Positions 37,161 through 48,141 of a DNA stretch of 64,000 nucleotides are shown here, piece by piece (positions within the stretch are counted from its first letter, which is position 1; each line of letters begins with the position of its first letter). The notes beneath the pieces are model-generated. The model ran no database searches and had not been told where the DNA came from. It worked only from the letters and a program-made list of their open reading frames with translations. A program made the position numbers and the translations under genes. Origin of the DNA: a virus. The stretch lies in UHGV virus genome UHGV-1374526, one strand, 5' to 3'.

Positions 37161-38291
37161 ATGGCAACCAAACGTACAGACATATCGAGCGAGACGAAAG
37201 CGAGCGGGGGCATCCCCGCCGCCAAGTCCATTAAGCAGAAGACGATGGACGAGGTGCTTCCGAAGACGAACCCTGACATCCCTCTCCGTCCAATGAATAA
37301 CAACGACCCGAACAAACCCGTCGACGCGAAGGAGATGAACACCATCGCCGCGGCCAATAGTAACCACGGCATCAAGAATCCCCCGGCATCCGCGGCTCCC
37401 GCGGCGGCCCAGTCTCCTAGTCCTTACGGGCGGGGGATTACTGAACCAGCAGTGCCGGGAGCGGTTGACCCTAACAGCGCGGCCTACGCCGCCCAGCAAC
37501 GGGCAACCTATGCGGCGGGCATGCAACAAGCCGCGGCGGGGAAACTCTCTGCGGAGGACAGGCTCATGCTTCGTGGCGTGGACCAGAACATAAGCCGGGG
37601 GCAGATGCCCACCATATCTCCGGCTATGCCGACGCAAGCGACGGCTACACCCCGGCAAGCGACGGCTACCGCTCCAACCGCTAGCCCCGACACCTCCACG
37701 GCTGGGTTCTATGCGCATGCGGAGAAGATGCTTGGCCCGGATAAGTTCAAGACATTTATGTCCATGCCGGAAGCGCAGAGGAACGCGATATATAGCAAGT
37801 TTGTAGAGAGCCGGACCAAGAACGCGCCCGCCGCGGGAGCTACCGCGGGGGCTACCGCGGGAACCACTGCCGCCCCCTCTGGCTCTAGGTTCCCCGCCTC
37901 TGCTCTCCCCTCTGGCAATGCTCCCGTACCCACGAGCGTCCCGACGACTGCGGGTACTGGAACTGCCGAGAGTATGCTACGAACCTTGAGGGATGATACG
38001 GCAAGCCCCGAAGCAAGAGCACAGGCGCAAACATACCTCCGCGTCCGAACCATGTACGCCCAGCCGGAAAAGTTTGGTAAGGAGATTAAGACCCTCGAAA
38101 AATTGGAACGCGCCAAAATAAAGGAACTTAGCAACATGTTCAGGAATAGATTGAATATCCGGGACCCCCGCTTCGCCCGCCAGTACGCCCAGTATCAGGC
38201 CCTGCGGAAGAAAGACCCGCAAGCGAAGCTCACCCTCTACACTGAACTGATGAAGGGACCGGAGTTCACTCACTTGGACTTCCGAAAATAA
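37161..38291 (+). CDS. Ala/Pro/Thr-rich low-complexity protein
   Basis: AAAGATAGATAGTTAAPSG repeats. Lies upstream of the giant gene; a possible internal virion protein. Confidence 0.45.
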   Translation: MATKRTDISSETKASGGIPAAKSIKQKTMDEVLPKTNPDIPLRPMNNNDPNKPVDAKEMNTIAAANSNHGIKNPPASAAPAAAQSPSPYGRGITEPAVPGAVDPNSAAYAAQQRATYAAGMQQAAAGKLSAEDRLMLRGVDQNISRGQMPTISPAMPTQATATPRQATATAPTASPDTSTAGFYAHAEKMLGPDKFKTFMSMPEAQRNAIYSKFVESRTKNAPAAGATAGATAGTTAAPSGSRFPASALPSGNAPVPTSVPTTAGTGTAESMLRTLRDDTASPEARAQAQTYLRVRTMYAQPEKFGKEIKTLEKLERAKIKELSNMFRNRLNIRDPRFARQYAQYQALRKKDPQAKLTLYTELMKGPEFTHLDFRK

Positions 38292-38394
38292 ATTTGACAT
38301 AATACATATTTCACTTGACCCTCGCCCCACTCATGATAGGATGTTGAAGACCCACATGAGTGGGGCAAACTTATTATACTAATACTCAACAAAC

Positions 38395-41300
38395 ATGGCT
38401 ATTGACTTTAGTACCGCCAATATGTCCGACTTCACTCCGAAGTCGGGAAGCAGTATTGCACGTGAACAGCGAGCCGCAGAAAGGCACGCCGCGTGGCAAG
38501 AGACGCAAGCGCAGAAACAGCAGGACCGAGAACAGAAAGCACTGGACCGCGAGCAAAGGTTAGCGGAAAAGAAACAGACCCGTGCCGAGAAGGGAGCGAC
38601 GGCGACCGCAGACTATGACACCTTCCTCTTTAAGTCTGTTGATGACTTTGCGGAGAAACAGAAAAAGGATGCGGAACACGCAAATAATGTAGAATGGCAA
38701 AATAAATCCCGCGCCCATACGGAACAAGAATGGAAAACCGCCGAGGAAAATAAAGCCCTCGACATCTTGAACAAAGGAAACCGTGGGTACAGCTTTGAGG
38801 GAATCGACTACATGAAAGACTATGTAGACCGCGGGGAAGATGCGCTGGTCGATTTGAAGGCCGCTTCCCGCGGTGATAGCGAGGCCATTAAGAAGCTTGC
38901 CAACAATACGGGACTTACCGTTGTGTCTTCTTCCGAGCTTACGCCTACGCACCCCACCTTCTTATCCCGCTCTGGCTTCGGAAGTGGAGAGGACGGGAAC
39001 CCCGTCGTAACGGAAAAGTTCCTCGCCATTGCCGCGGACAGAAACCGTAACGCAAAGGCGGTTGCCAAAGGCATTGCCAACACAATGGAAAAGGCCCGGA
39101 AGGATTACCTCAACTCGAATCTAGATGTTGGAACGGGTAAACCTACGGCGCAAGCCATCGAGACCGCACCTATTGCTTACACCGCAGAAGAAATAGAAAG
39201 CGTCATCAATACGATTAGGCGCGAAGACATTGGCAACTATCGTGCCGCTAAGGCTCTTTACGACAAACACCGCTCTTCTTCGACGGAAGGCGTGCAGAAG
39301 AAAACCCCCAGCCAAACGAGCGTGGGGGAGCTTGGCGTTGGCGAATTCTCTGATTCAGCACCTTCATTTACTGGGAATGTTTTTGCTGAACTCGCCAACC
39401 TTTCCAAGTCTCCCAGCAAAATGTTCCAGCTTGTCCGCGACTACGGGGATTACCTTTCCCGGAGTACGGAAGATATTGAATCCCCGGAATCTGCTACAGC
39501 GGATGCGAAACAACTCCATACAGACCAAGCAAAACTCATTTCAAAAAAAGAAAAACCTGTTGAGGATAGGATTCGTGAACAGATAGAAACAGCCGACAAA
39601 ATCGTAAGACGCCTCGAAGAGGACTACACTGGCCTTCCCTATCTCGAACTTCGCGACGCGCTTCTCAATCCAGAGGCCGCGGCCTCTGCCCTTCTGTCTT
39701 TAGTCCCCGGTGCTGACATGGACGCAATACGTGCACGGGCAAAGGTCATTACCGAGGAAGTTCGCCGCCAGAAGGACCGCCCTCTGACCGTCGAAAACCC
39801 CGAACAGATTGGCATGAGTGAGGCTATACTGGAAGCCGTGGCCACAAGGTTTCCGGGGGTTCCAAAATCTGCCCTGCGCCAAGCGGGAGTAACCAAACTG
39901 ATTCAGGACTATACCGCCAAAGCCACGCCGAAAGGCACTCTCATGGATGCAGTCAAAGGCGCACTGGCTAACTACCGAAGCACGGCGGGACAAATTGCGG
40001 ACGTACTTACCTTCCAACCGGATAATAGTGTGGGTAAGTACGCCGACCCAATGAGCTTGATGGAATGGAGGAAGGGAACGAGGCGTGGCTCATGGTGGTA
40101 TGGCATGCCGGGCGGCCCGTCCTTTGAAGTCGGACCGGAGAGGTTGAAGGAATACATGGCCCAGTACCATATTGAAAGTACTCGCGATGCCCTCAACTCC
40201 CTCTCCCATGCCGCACGTATGGGTGACTTGGGCGTTGGCCGTGGCAGTCTCTTTGCGTACAATCCGCACACCAAGGAAGTTGATACGAACGCCACGCTCG
40301 AACTGAATCCCAATGCTCTCTACAATGATAAGCTGATGGACCAGAGCATTGAGGCTCTCCGTGCTAGTGGCGCGGACGAGAAGCTTATCAATCGCACCAT
40401 TGAGAAGTTCCAGAACCTCCGCAAGAAATCCGCACAGGAACTTGTGAAGGACAACATGGCATTGGACGAGACGCTGGGGACGCTTCGCGATACGTGGCTT
40501 GGCTCCGGCTTGCAGTTCAACCCTGTCTTGACTGAATCCATGAAGCATCTGGACAAGTACCTTTCCTTCAAGAATTTCTACAACGAACAGAAGGAAGCGG
40601 GCAAGAGCGACGAGGACATCCTCTCCGCATGGCAGGAGAAAGGGCAAGCCACCTTCGATTCTGTTCTCCGTGGGTTACAGATAGGTACACACAAGGCAAT
40701 CGACCTTGGGACAAGTACCGCCTATGGTGCTCTTCTCTTTGCACAGAATGCAGTTGGCAGTCGTGCGGCGATGGAACATACCCGCACCCTCTGGGACCAG
40801 CTGAACAAAAAACAGGAAGCAGAAGCCGAGTTGGTTCGAGGCAATATCCTTGCGGACTATACTGCGGAAATCGCTAACCTCGGCTACCAAATGGTAGCAA
40901 CCGCGGGGGCTGGTAAAGTTGGTGGCCTCGCTGGCCGTGCACTGACACGTACCGCGCTCAATAAATTCATGAAGGCAACGGCTAACGTCGTAGCGAAGCG
41001 GGCCGAAGCTCTTGTCCCTGCCGCCCGTCCGGGATTGGCGGGACGTTTGAGTGGAACTATTCAGCGCAACCTCGACAACCTTGCGGCGTTGAACCTCGAA
41101 CGGGCAGGAGCCGGAGCCGGGGTAAATCTTAGCATCATCTCGCAGGTTGCACCGAATGCTTACTCCGACATCTTCTATACCATTTATGATAGGGAGATGG
41201 AAGGGAAGGAACCGACTGCCGAGAACACGAACAGGGCACAGAGCATTGCCAACATGCGTGCTCTCTTTGGTGCGGCTCTCGTATCTACTGGTAGTACTCT

Positions 41301-44300
41301 CATCAACAACCGCGCAGGTATGGATTCCTTCATGCGTAAGATTGTTGGGGCTAAAAACCTTCGCGGTCAATCTCCATTCCAAACTCTTGAACGGAAGATG
41401 GCCGGATGGAGAAGCAAGCCATTTAAGGAGATGAACACGAAGGAAAAGACGTTTGCCGTTGCTTCCTATCTGTACAGCCAGAGCAAGGCCGTAGTGGAAG
41501 GAGCCACCGAAGAACTGGCAGACGAATTCCAAGAGTGGGCGTTTACCGAACTGGTGAAGAACGGAGAAATCTCCGAATCCTCTATTGCCACTACTGACCA
41601 AGTGATTAGCACAGGCATGAAGATTGCTTTCCTCGGAGGTATCGGCGGCTACGTTGGTAGCCACTTAGCTGGTGAAGGGAACATACGTTTCCAAACCGAA
41701 GCCGCTCCCACTCTCGATGTAAAGGATGCTACTTCCATGCTACCGGATATTACGAAAGATGCGAGCAACATCATCGAGGAAACGGGCAAAGCCATTACCA
41801 AAAACAATGTGCCGGAAAGCTTGGTAGAAACCGGAAAGAAGGTTATCGAGATTGCCGGGGAGAAGGGAGATGCCGCGGAAGTTGCCCGCGAATGGGTGGA
41901 CAAATCCATTGCCCATGAAAGTCTGGCAGTCTCCGATGAAACCCGCAAGGCGTGGGTGGAAGGAGCAACCCGTATGGGCATCAGCAACTTCACCCAGTTC
42001 CGCAACCTAGTGGAACGGGCCTCCGAAATATATACCTATGAGGGCAGTGCCGCGGCAAGCTCATTCATGGCAGAAGCCATTAACGACCTGCCCAATACCC
42101 TGTCATTCCCAAATAAGGAAAACCTCGACACCATGCGCACCATGCTTTCGGAGGCCCTTGATGCTATGGGAGACCGGGTTCAGGTTATCGAAGTAGACGA
42201 CGACCTGTCCATCATTACTACAGGGGACGAGGACCTTGATGCCGCCATTAACGTTATTAACGGATTGACGGAAGCCGCGGCTACCACGGAACCCAAGGAA
42301 TCCCCGGCTACCGCGGAACCCACGGAATCCCCGGTAGCTATTGCCCGGAAGGAGAGGGACAATGCTATTGCCCCCATCACTGCTATGGTAGAGACGGGAG
42401 TAGTTACCCCAGAAGCTACCGCTTCCGTGGATAACATGGATGCGGCAATCACCTCGTTCGACCCCAACACCGGGGCATGGCTCTCATCCGGTTCACCTCT
42501 GGACCGCGGCGCGAAGCTCGTCTCCCTGAACGAGATGACCGGGATTAACGCCCCCATGATTACCAGCAACACGGGAGAAACCGTTGTCATCGCTCCGCAC
42601 GCAAGCATGTACAACACAGGTGAGGGAGGGACACCCAGCACCAAGTGGGGGGACAAGGTCTCCGCTCTCAATCTCCCGACGGATGGGACTGGCGCAAATG
42701 CCTACGGCACGCTTCGCGGCCTTCAAGTTAATGCCTCCCCCGCACAGGCCGCGGCCATTGATGGAGTGCTCCGCGCACTGCATGCCGCTGGTTTGGACGT
42801 CGCTATCCGTGCAACCAATGCCCCGGCGAACATCTCTTCCCCTGCCAGTATCACCTACATGAACGGCACGGACGGGAAGCTTGTCGGCGGTGTCATTGAC
42901 CTGTACGTGAACCGGGATAACCCGATTGAAAGCGTAACGGGAACGGTACTACACGAAGTCATCCACCTCATTGACCGTCATCTTCGTACCACCAACACGG
43001 ACTATTCCCAGCGGATGGATAGGATTAGAAGCGCGATTGCAGAGAACTACAACAACATTGTCGATAGTCTCTCCGCTATGTATGACGCTAGCGTGGACAT
43101 CAATGAGATGAACGCCATCGCCGCGCTCGCTTCCGACCTCAACTACGGTCTCCGCGGTGCGGACGAATTTGCCAGTGTCGCGTTCTCCAATCCTGTCATG
43201 AACTTCATGGTAGCGGAAGCTAGCGGAGACAATATCACCATCACGGATTTGGCTCGCTATGCCGAAGCGGCGGGAGGCCGGAAGCCCGTGCACGTGCGCC
43301 TCGTCGAATGGCTTAAAGATTTGATTAGGGACATCAAAGATACTGCGGACGATATGGACGGAACCACCGCCGCAGAACGCGTGGCTGAATGGGATTCCTA
43401 TGTGGCCCGCGTCGCGGACATGACCCCCGGCAAGTGGTTCGATATGCCTCGCACTCCGTCATGGAAAGTAGATGATACGGATTATACTATGGGCAACGGG
43501 GTAGATTATTTTAACCCGATGGCCTATGAGACCGACATGACCCGGAGATTGTCCTTCGGCCTTGGCGCAGAAATCATTGGCACGAAGGCCGGGAACTGGG
43601 TAACTAGTATTAAGAACGTATGGCAAGGCGTGTCTAAGGGCTTGGACAAAGCAGGCATCAATGTTAAGTCCGAGGAACAGAAGCTGGTTGTGCTGGAACA
43701 AATGGCCAATGTTAATGCGGCGTATGAACGCAGTATTAAACGCATTGACAAAATTGGTGATATGCTTCAACGCCGTGCGGATAATCTGGGCTGGGATGCC
43801 GCTACGCGAAAGAAATGGAGCAAGTCCATTCTTGACATGTCGGGGAATATGGACAACGATATTGACCCTGAAACTGTTGCACGCATTAACGCAGAGGCTC
43901 AAGCAGAAGTTCGTCAGCATGAACAGACCCGCGACTTCCGTATCGCGTTGGCTAAGAAGACTGTCACCGATGCCGTCAATAGGCACGCGGAAGCGGTGCG
44001 TCTGGCTAACTCCCTTGCGCTTAATAGTGAAGGGCGATTGGAAATCAACGACATGATGCGCCGGATTAAAGACATGAGCGGCAAGGGATATGGAGCCATG
44101 CTGGACAAGCAGGTAGCTCTCCCCATGCTCTCCCAGCAGATTCACAAATCTCTCTCCGACCTTGGCTCTCGTATCTCCGCGACGGGGGATGCCAATCTGG
44201 ATATCACCTACTTTGGCCTTGCCCGCGACACGCAAAACTATCTCGCGGATATGATTAACGAAGTGGATAGTCCCTTCTCTATGGATGAACTTCTGGACAG

Positions 44301-47300
44301 GTGGTCCAACCTTCGCAATGACTTCCTCTATGCGGAGAGTACAAACCATCCCGTCATCGCTCCTATGATTCAGGACATCGCTAAGGCACGGGCCGAAGCT
44401 AAACAAATCATCCGGGAAGCCAATGATGATTTCCACGCCGCAACAAAGAGGGCAGGTGTAACTCGCGCTGGCGTAGCTACCCCTGCTGGTTCCGTGTGGC
44501 TGAAACGAGACAACGCTATCCTCAATGCTCGCCGTCAAAAACAAGCGGAGTATATGGCTAAGCGGGATGCCGCTGAACAGTGGCTTCTGTCACAAGGAGT
44601 TGTAGGCCAACTGGTCCACAATGTCATCGCCGATTCCCGTAAAGAAATTGCCGCAACGCAAATCTCTATTGCCAAGCTCATTGGAGATAGCCGTATGGCT
44701 GACAACGCCGCGGAGATGAATTATCTTCATCGCACCTACATGGCCGTTGGACGCCATGCCGGAGACTTCACCCGGACGATGAAGGACATCATCGCAAACC
44801 CCAACGGAGAACTGGCGCAGAAATACGATGGTCTGACGAAACTGTTGCAGGAAGCCGCAATCTCTCATGCCGAAGCGCACCAGAGAGAACTATCCGAAAA
44901 CGTAAGCCAAGTGCTGGACAACATGCAGGCATTGGCCGCGCTCCACGACGAGTTGAAACTTCCGCTGGTGTCAGCTCCCACGGGAGCCTCTTCGAATTAT
45001 AAACTCCTGTTCGAAGGTGTAGCCAAGAACTACAGGACCAGAGAAATTCTTGACTTCATTCAGAACAACTTCGGTCAGGTTCAAATGCTTGCGGACTTGA
45101 GGGACGGCCACAACATCAGTGCCATATATAATAAGGCCATGAGCATGATAGCACAGGCAGACTATCGCACGAAGTCAAAGATGACAGAGAGGAAGGAAAC
45201 TCTGGACATGAATGCCAGAGATAGTTTCCTCGCTGATGTCTTCTCCAGCCTTCCGGGAAAAACGATTGCGGACAAAATCGGCAGTCTTCAATCCCCGGCA
45301 TCCGTGGCTTCCGAAGTGAACAAGGCCATCCCCACTATCCCGACTTCGGCCATTGACCAGATATGGAACACGCCTAATATGAATGCCGCAGAACGACTGG
45401 ACAAGACGCTCAATCTTCTTCGCGGTCAGGCTGGCGTTCTCATGAGGATGAACGGCATGGGCAACGTCATCTCCGCTACCGACTTGAAAGCGTTGCAATA
45501 TCCGGAACTCTCCCGTCTTGCGGTGAACGATGCCATGAAGGCCATTGACGAAGTACTGTCCAAGAAGAGGACGAATGAAGATGCGCTGGCCCAGCGGAAA
45601 CGCTTGCCCGAATGGCAGAGGAAAGCTATGTATGAACTTAGCGACCTCACCATTGGGGATGCCATTGGGACGTTACAGAATACCCTATCCATGCAGTCGA
45701 AGATTGCCGTGAACCAGTTGCTTGCTGACGAGTATACCTCCGTACTGAAAGCGCAGGGTGTGGTCGTACCCCCGAATTCCACGAACCGTACTTCGGACAT
45801 GGTGGAAATCTCCTTGAAGAATACGAAGAATGCGTTGAACGGAATGTACGCCGACAAGGATGTAGCCGATGCCATCTACCGCATCTACAGGCCGAGCGAC
45901 GACATCCTGAATAGCAGGACGGACGACTATAAGGAGGTCCGCGAGTACTGGCAGAAGTCCGGCAAGGGGCAAGGATGGTGGAGTAAGGCGGGTGGCTTGG
46001 CTAACCTTTCTGTCTTAATAGCGAGTCCTAATTCCACGTTACGTAACTTATATGGTACAGTAGCTCAAATGACCCATGCGGGTGCACTTCCATTCACGGG
46101 GAGTAAAGAAATCGCAAAGCTTATCGGAGATTGGAGCCAGATGTATAAACTGCGGAAGTTGTCCCGCGGTAAAGACCTTGCTTCACAGGCTTCCGCGGAT
46201 AGACTGCTGGCCGCGGAAGACAGGTACAACGAGAAGATTCGCTACTGGCAAGAGCTTGGTCTGCTGGACGCAGGTCAAGGGGAGTTCCTGCGCAACGTCT
46301 GGAAGTCTGACGAGTTCAGTAAGATGGCAGGAGAATTTGAAGAAGTGAATGAGGATTCCTTCTTCAAACTGGCCGAAGCTCTGAACGAGAAACAGGAACG
46401 GACGAAGGGCGAGGTGGCTAAGGATGTCGCCAAGACGGCGGGCAAAGTCGTAGCATGGCCCATCAAAACGATGTCCTTCGCCTATGGCTTGCCGGACGCG
46501 GCGGCCAAGATTGCTCTCTTCACTAACCAGAGAGCGATTGCCGATACCCAATTAAAGGTACAACTGGCACGGGCGAAAGGCAAGGCCAACCCCAATGCAC
46601 GGGACCAGATACTCCTTGACGCGAGCCAGACTACCCAGAGTTGGGATGCTTATGTGGACAGGTATACTGCCAACATGGTGAAGAGCTTGCTCCCCACGGG
46701 TTCGCGTACTCCTTCGTGGGTGAAAACCCTGAATATAGTTGCGGCTCCGTTCTTCATGTTCCAGTACCATACCTTCCAGTCTGTAGCCTACAACCTTGGC
46801 CACGCCATAGGTGAAGGGGTAGACGGTGTGTGGGCTATCAATAACGGCATGAAGAAGGAGGGGGCTTACCTCTTGGGACGCGCTATCCTTCGCATCGCTG
46901 GTTCCGCAGTAACTATTGGTGCAACCTCTGCGGTCTCTTCCTGGGTTGCCCGACAGATTATCGCCAGTGTCTTGGGAGATGACGATGACCATAAAATCAT
47001 TGACGACGCGGAAGTCATGAGGAAGCTGGCAGATAGTGGGCTAATTCCTGACTATGATAAGTTCGGGGACTTGATTGGCATCATAGATATGAAGCGACAT
47101 GAGTTCGAGTATTTGACCCTTGAATACATGAACCCGTTCAAGACCATCAGGGTGTTAGCCAAACCCCTGCCCAGCCTCTTCATGGATATGGATGTGGACA
47201 AGTGGGGGATGAACAAGGTTGCCGAACTGAAAAACCTGCTGGAAAATACGGTGCTTGAAGAATCCCTCCTTCTGAACACAGCTACTGAATTGTTTAATGA

Positions 47301-48090
47301 GGAAGACTTCAATTACAAGCATAGCCTCTCCGGTGATGAAAGCGTCAACGTTCTCCCGGCAGTCGGCAACGCAATCCTGTTGGCCGCAGGGCTGAACCCC
47401 TCGTTCGGCAGTGGACACACGTGGCAAGCCCTTGAACGTGTCGCGACGGTTGCCAATAAAAAGATTCCCGTCTACGGCTGGTTAGTCAAGTCTGGTAAAC
47501 AAATGTTTAGTGATACGCCCGACATGAGTGCCGAGGCATACGGGTTACAGACCTTTGGTACTGGTCTCCGTCGTCCGAAGGATTTGACCGAAGCCCTTGC
47601 CGCCGGGTTAAAGAATGCCAACGCGGCAGTCACTAAGTCGAAGCGAATGAGCGTCCTTCGTCCGGACTTCTACAAGAGAATGGAATCCGGGGTGGATGTG
47701 GAATCTATGGAAGCCGTGGAAACCGCGGATGCCGTGAAGAATTTCACCAAGCTAGTCAATAGTGTCCGGTTTGTTACGGAAATTACAAACATGCTTGACC
47801 CCGCTCTGCGGAAGGAAGTTCTGGCTTCCGCGATTGAGAGTTCCGGTATGAGTGCCAAGACCTACGGCGCGGCCATGAAAGGCATCATGCCCTACATCAT
47901 TAGCCCGCAAGCAGGACGTGAGGCTATCGCGAAACTCAACCGCGAATTGCAGAAGTCTAATACCACGGACGAGGGCAAACGCCTAATCGAAGAGCAGAAG
48001 AAACTCATTATCAACCTCATGAGGAAGGGTAGCATTCAGATTGATGGGGCATTGAGTGCGGAGGAAATTCATAATCGGATGAAGCAGTAG
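38395..48090 (+). CDS. giant 3231-aa protein with embedded HExxH zincin-like motif (virion/ejection polyvalent-protein or tape-measure-like candidate)
   Basis: Uninterrupted 9.7-kb ORF. TVLHEVIHLIDRH at about nt 42950. Largely helical, low-complexity composition with coiled-coil N-terminus. No RNAP motifs seen. Confidence 0.65.
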   Translation: MAIDFSTANMSDFTPKSGSSIAREQRAAERHAAWQETQAQKQQDREQKALDREQRLAEKKQTRAEKGATATADYDTFLFKSVDDFAEKQKKDAEHANNVEWQNKSRAHTEQEWKTAEENKALDILNKGNRGYSFEGIDYMKDYVDRGEDALVDLKAASRGDSEAIKKLANNTGLTVVSSSELTPTHPTFLSRSGFGSGEDGNPVVTEKFLAIAADRNRNAKAVAKGIANTMEKARKDYLNSNLDVGTGKPTAQAIETAPIAYTAEEIESVINTIRREDIGNYRAAKALYDKHRSSSTEGVQKKTPSQTSVGELGVGEFSDSAPSFTGNVFAELANLSKSPSKMFQLVRDYGDYLSRSTEDIESPESATADAKQLHTDQAKLISKKEKPVEDRIREQIETADKIVRRLEEDYTGLPYLELRDALLNPEAAASALLSLVPGADMDAIRARAKVITEEVRRQKDRPLTVENPEQIGMSEAILEAVATRFPGVPKSALRQAGVTKLIQDYTAKATPKGTLMDAVKGALANYRSTAGQIADVLTFQPDNSVGKYADPMSLMEWRKGTRRGSWWYGMPGGPSFEVGPERLKEYMAQYHIESTRDALNSLSHAARMGDLGVGRGSLFAYNPHTKEVDTNATLELNPNALYNDKLMDQSIEALRASGADEKLINRTIEKFQNLRKKSAQELVKDNMALDETLGTLRDTWLGSGLQFNPVLTESMKHLDKYLSFKNFYNEQKEAGKSDEDILSAWQEKGQATFDSVLRGLQIGTHKAIDLGTSTAYGALLFAQNAVGSRAAMEHTRTLWDQLNKKQEAEAELVRGNILADYTAEIANLGYQMVATAGAGKVGGLAGRALTRTALNKFMKATANVVAKRAEALVPAARPGLAGRLSGTIQRNLDNLAALNLERAGAGAGVNLSIISQVAPNAYSDIFYTIYDREMEGKEPTAENTNRAQSIANMRALFGAALVSTGSTLINNRAGMDSFMRKIVGAKNLRGQSPFQTLERKMAGWRSKPFKEMNTKEKTFAVASYLYSQSKAVVEGATEELADEFQEWAFTELVKNGEISESSIATTDQVISTGMKIAFLGGIGGYVGSHLAGEGNIRFQTEAAPTLDVKDATSMLPDITKDASNIIEETGKAITKNNVPESLVETGKKVIEIAGEKGDAAEVAREWVDKSIAHESLAVSDETRKAWVEGATRMGISNFTQFRNLVERASEIYTYEGSAAASSFMAEAINDLPNTLSFPNKENLDTMRTMLSEALDAMGDRVQVIEVDDDLSIITTGDEDLDAAINVINGLTEAAATTEPKESPATAEPTESPVAIARKERDNAIAPITAMVETGVVTPEATASVDNMDAAITSFDPNTGAWLSSGSPLDRGAKLVSLNEMTGINAPMITSNTGETVVIAPHASMYNTGEGGTPSTKWGDKVSALNLPTDGTGANAYGTLRGLQVNASPAQAAAIDGVLRALHAAGLDVAIRATNAPANISSPASITYMNGTDGKLVGGVIDLYVNRDNPIESVTGTVLHEVIHLIDRHLRTTNTDYSQRMDRIRSAIAENYNNIVDSLSAMYDASVDINEMNAIAALASDLNYGLRGADEFASVAFSNPVMNFMVAEASGDNITITDLARYAEAAGGRKPVHVRLVEWLKDLIRDIKDTADDMDGTTAAERVAEWDSYVARVADMTPGKWFDMPRTPSWKVDDTDYTMGNGVDYFNPMAYETDMTRRLSFGLGAEIIGTKAGNWVTSIKNVWQGVSKGLDKAGINVKSEEQKLVVLEQMANVNAAYERSIKRIDKIGDMLQRRADNLGWDAATRKKWSKSILDMSGNMDNDIDPETVARINAEAQAEVRQHEQTRDFRIALAKKTVTDAVNRHAEAVRLANSLALNSEGRLEINDMMRRIKDMSGKGYGAMLDKQVALPMLSQQIHKSLSDLGSRISATGDANLDITYFGLARDTQNYLADMINEVDSPFSMDELLDRWSNLRNDFLYAESTNHPVIAPMIQDIAKARAEAKQIIREANDDFHAATKRAGVTRAGVATPAGSVWLKRDNAILNARRQKQAEYMAKRDAAEQWLLSQGVVGQLVHNVIADSRKEIAATQISIAKLIGDSRMADNAAEMNYLHRTYMAVGRHAGDFTRTMKDIIANPNGELAQKYDGLTKLLQEAAISHAEAHQRELSENVSQVLDNMQALAALHDELKLPLVSAPTGASSNYKLLFEGVAKNYRTREILDFIQNNFGQVQMLADLRDGHNISAIYNKAMSMIAQADYRTKSKMTERKETLDMNARDSFLADVFSSLPGKTIADKIGSLQSPASVASEVNKAIPTIPTSAIDQIWNTPNMNAAERLDKTLNLLRGQAGVLMRMNGMGNVISATDLKALQYPELSRLAVNDAMKAIDEVLSKKRTNEDALAQRKRLPEWQRKAMYELSDLTIGDAIGTLQNTLSMQSKIAVNQLLADEYTSVLKAQGVVVPPNSTNRTSDMVEISLKNTKNALNGMYADKDVADAIYRIYRPSDDILNSRTDDYKEVREYWQKSGKGQGWWSKAGGLANLSVLIASPNSTLRNLYGTVAQMTHAGALPFTGSKEIAKLIGDWSQMYKLRKLSRGKDLASQASADRLLAAEDRYNEKIRYWQELGLLDAGQGEFLRNVWKSDEFSKMAGEFEEVNEDSFFKLAEALNEKQERTKGEVAKDVAKTAGKVVAWPIKTMSFAYGLPDAAAKIALFTNQRAIADTQLKVQLARAKGKANPNARDQILLDASQTTQSWDAYVDRYTANMVKSLLPTGSRTPSWVKTLNIVAAPFFMFQYHTFQSVAYNLGHAIGEGVDGVWAINNGMKKEGAYLLGRAILRIAGSAVTIGATSAVSSWVARQIIASVLGDDDDHKIIDDAEVMRKLADSGLIPDYDKFGDLIGIIDMKRHEFEYLTLEYMNPFKTIRVLAKPLPSLFMDMDVDKWGMNKVAELKNLLENTVLEESLLLNTATELFNEEDFNYKHSLSGDESVNVLPAVGNAILLAAGLNPSFGSGHTWQALERVATVANKKIPVYGWLVKSGKQMFSDTPDMSAEAYGLQTFGTGLRRPKDLTEALAAGLKNANAAVTKSKRMSVLRPDFYKRMESGVDVESMEAVETADAVKNFTKLVNSVRFVTEITNMLDPALRKEVLASAIESSGMSAKTYGAAMKGIMPYIISPQAGREAIAKLNRELQKSNTTDEGKRLIEEQKKLIINLMRKGSIQIDGALSAEEIHNRMKQ

Positions 48091-48106
48091 TCCTCTGTTT
48101 ATATCC

Positions 48107-48135
48107 TTGACCTTCGGGGGCATGGGAGATATAAT
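48107..48135 (+). promoter_or_regulatory. sigma70-like promoter TTGACC-17-TATAAT inside perfect palindrome; leaderless
   Basis: Palindrome CATGGGAGA-TATAAT-TCTCCCATG spans 48121-48144. ATG at 48142. Confidence 0.55.
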
Positions 48136-48141
48136 TCTCCC

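Noticed and set aside
38395-48090. Giant ORF as virion RNA polymerase (N4/crAss-like)
   Set aside because: No T7-like RNAP motifs (DxxGSG, RxxxK...YG, HDS) and no double-psi beta-barrel DxDGD motifs could be found. The composition is helical, low-complexity and linker-rich, unlike a polymerase.
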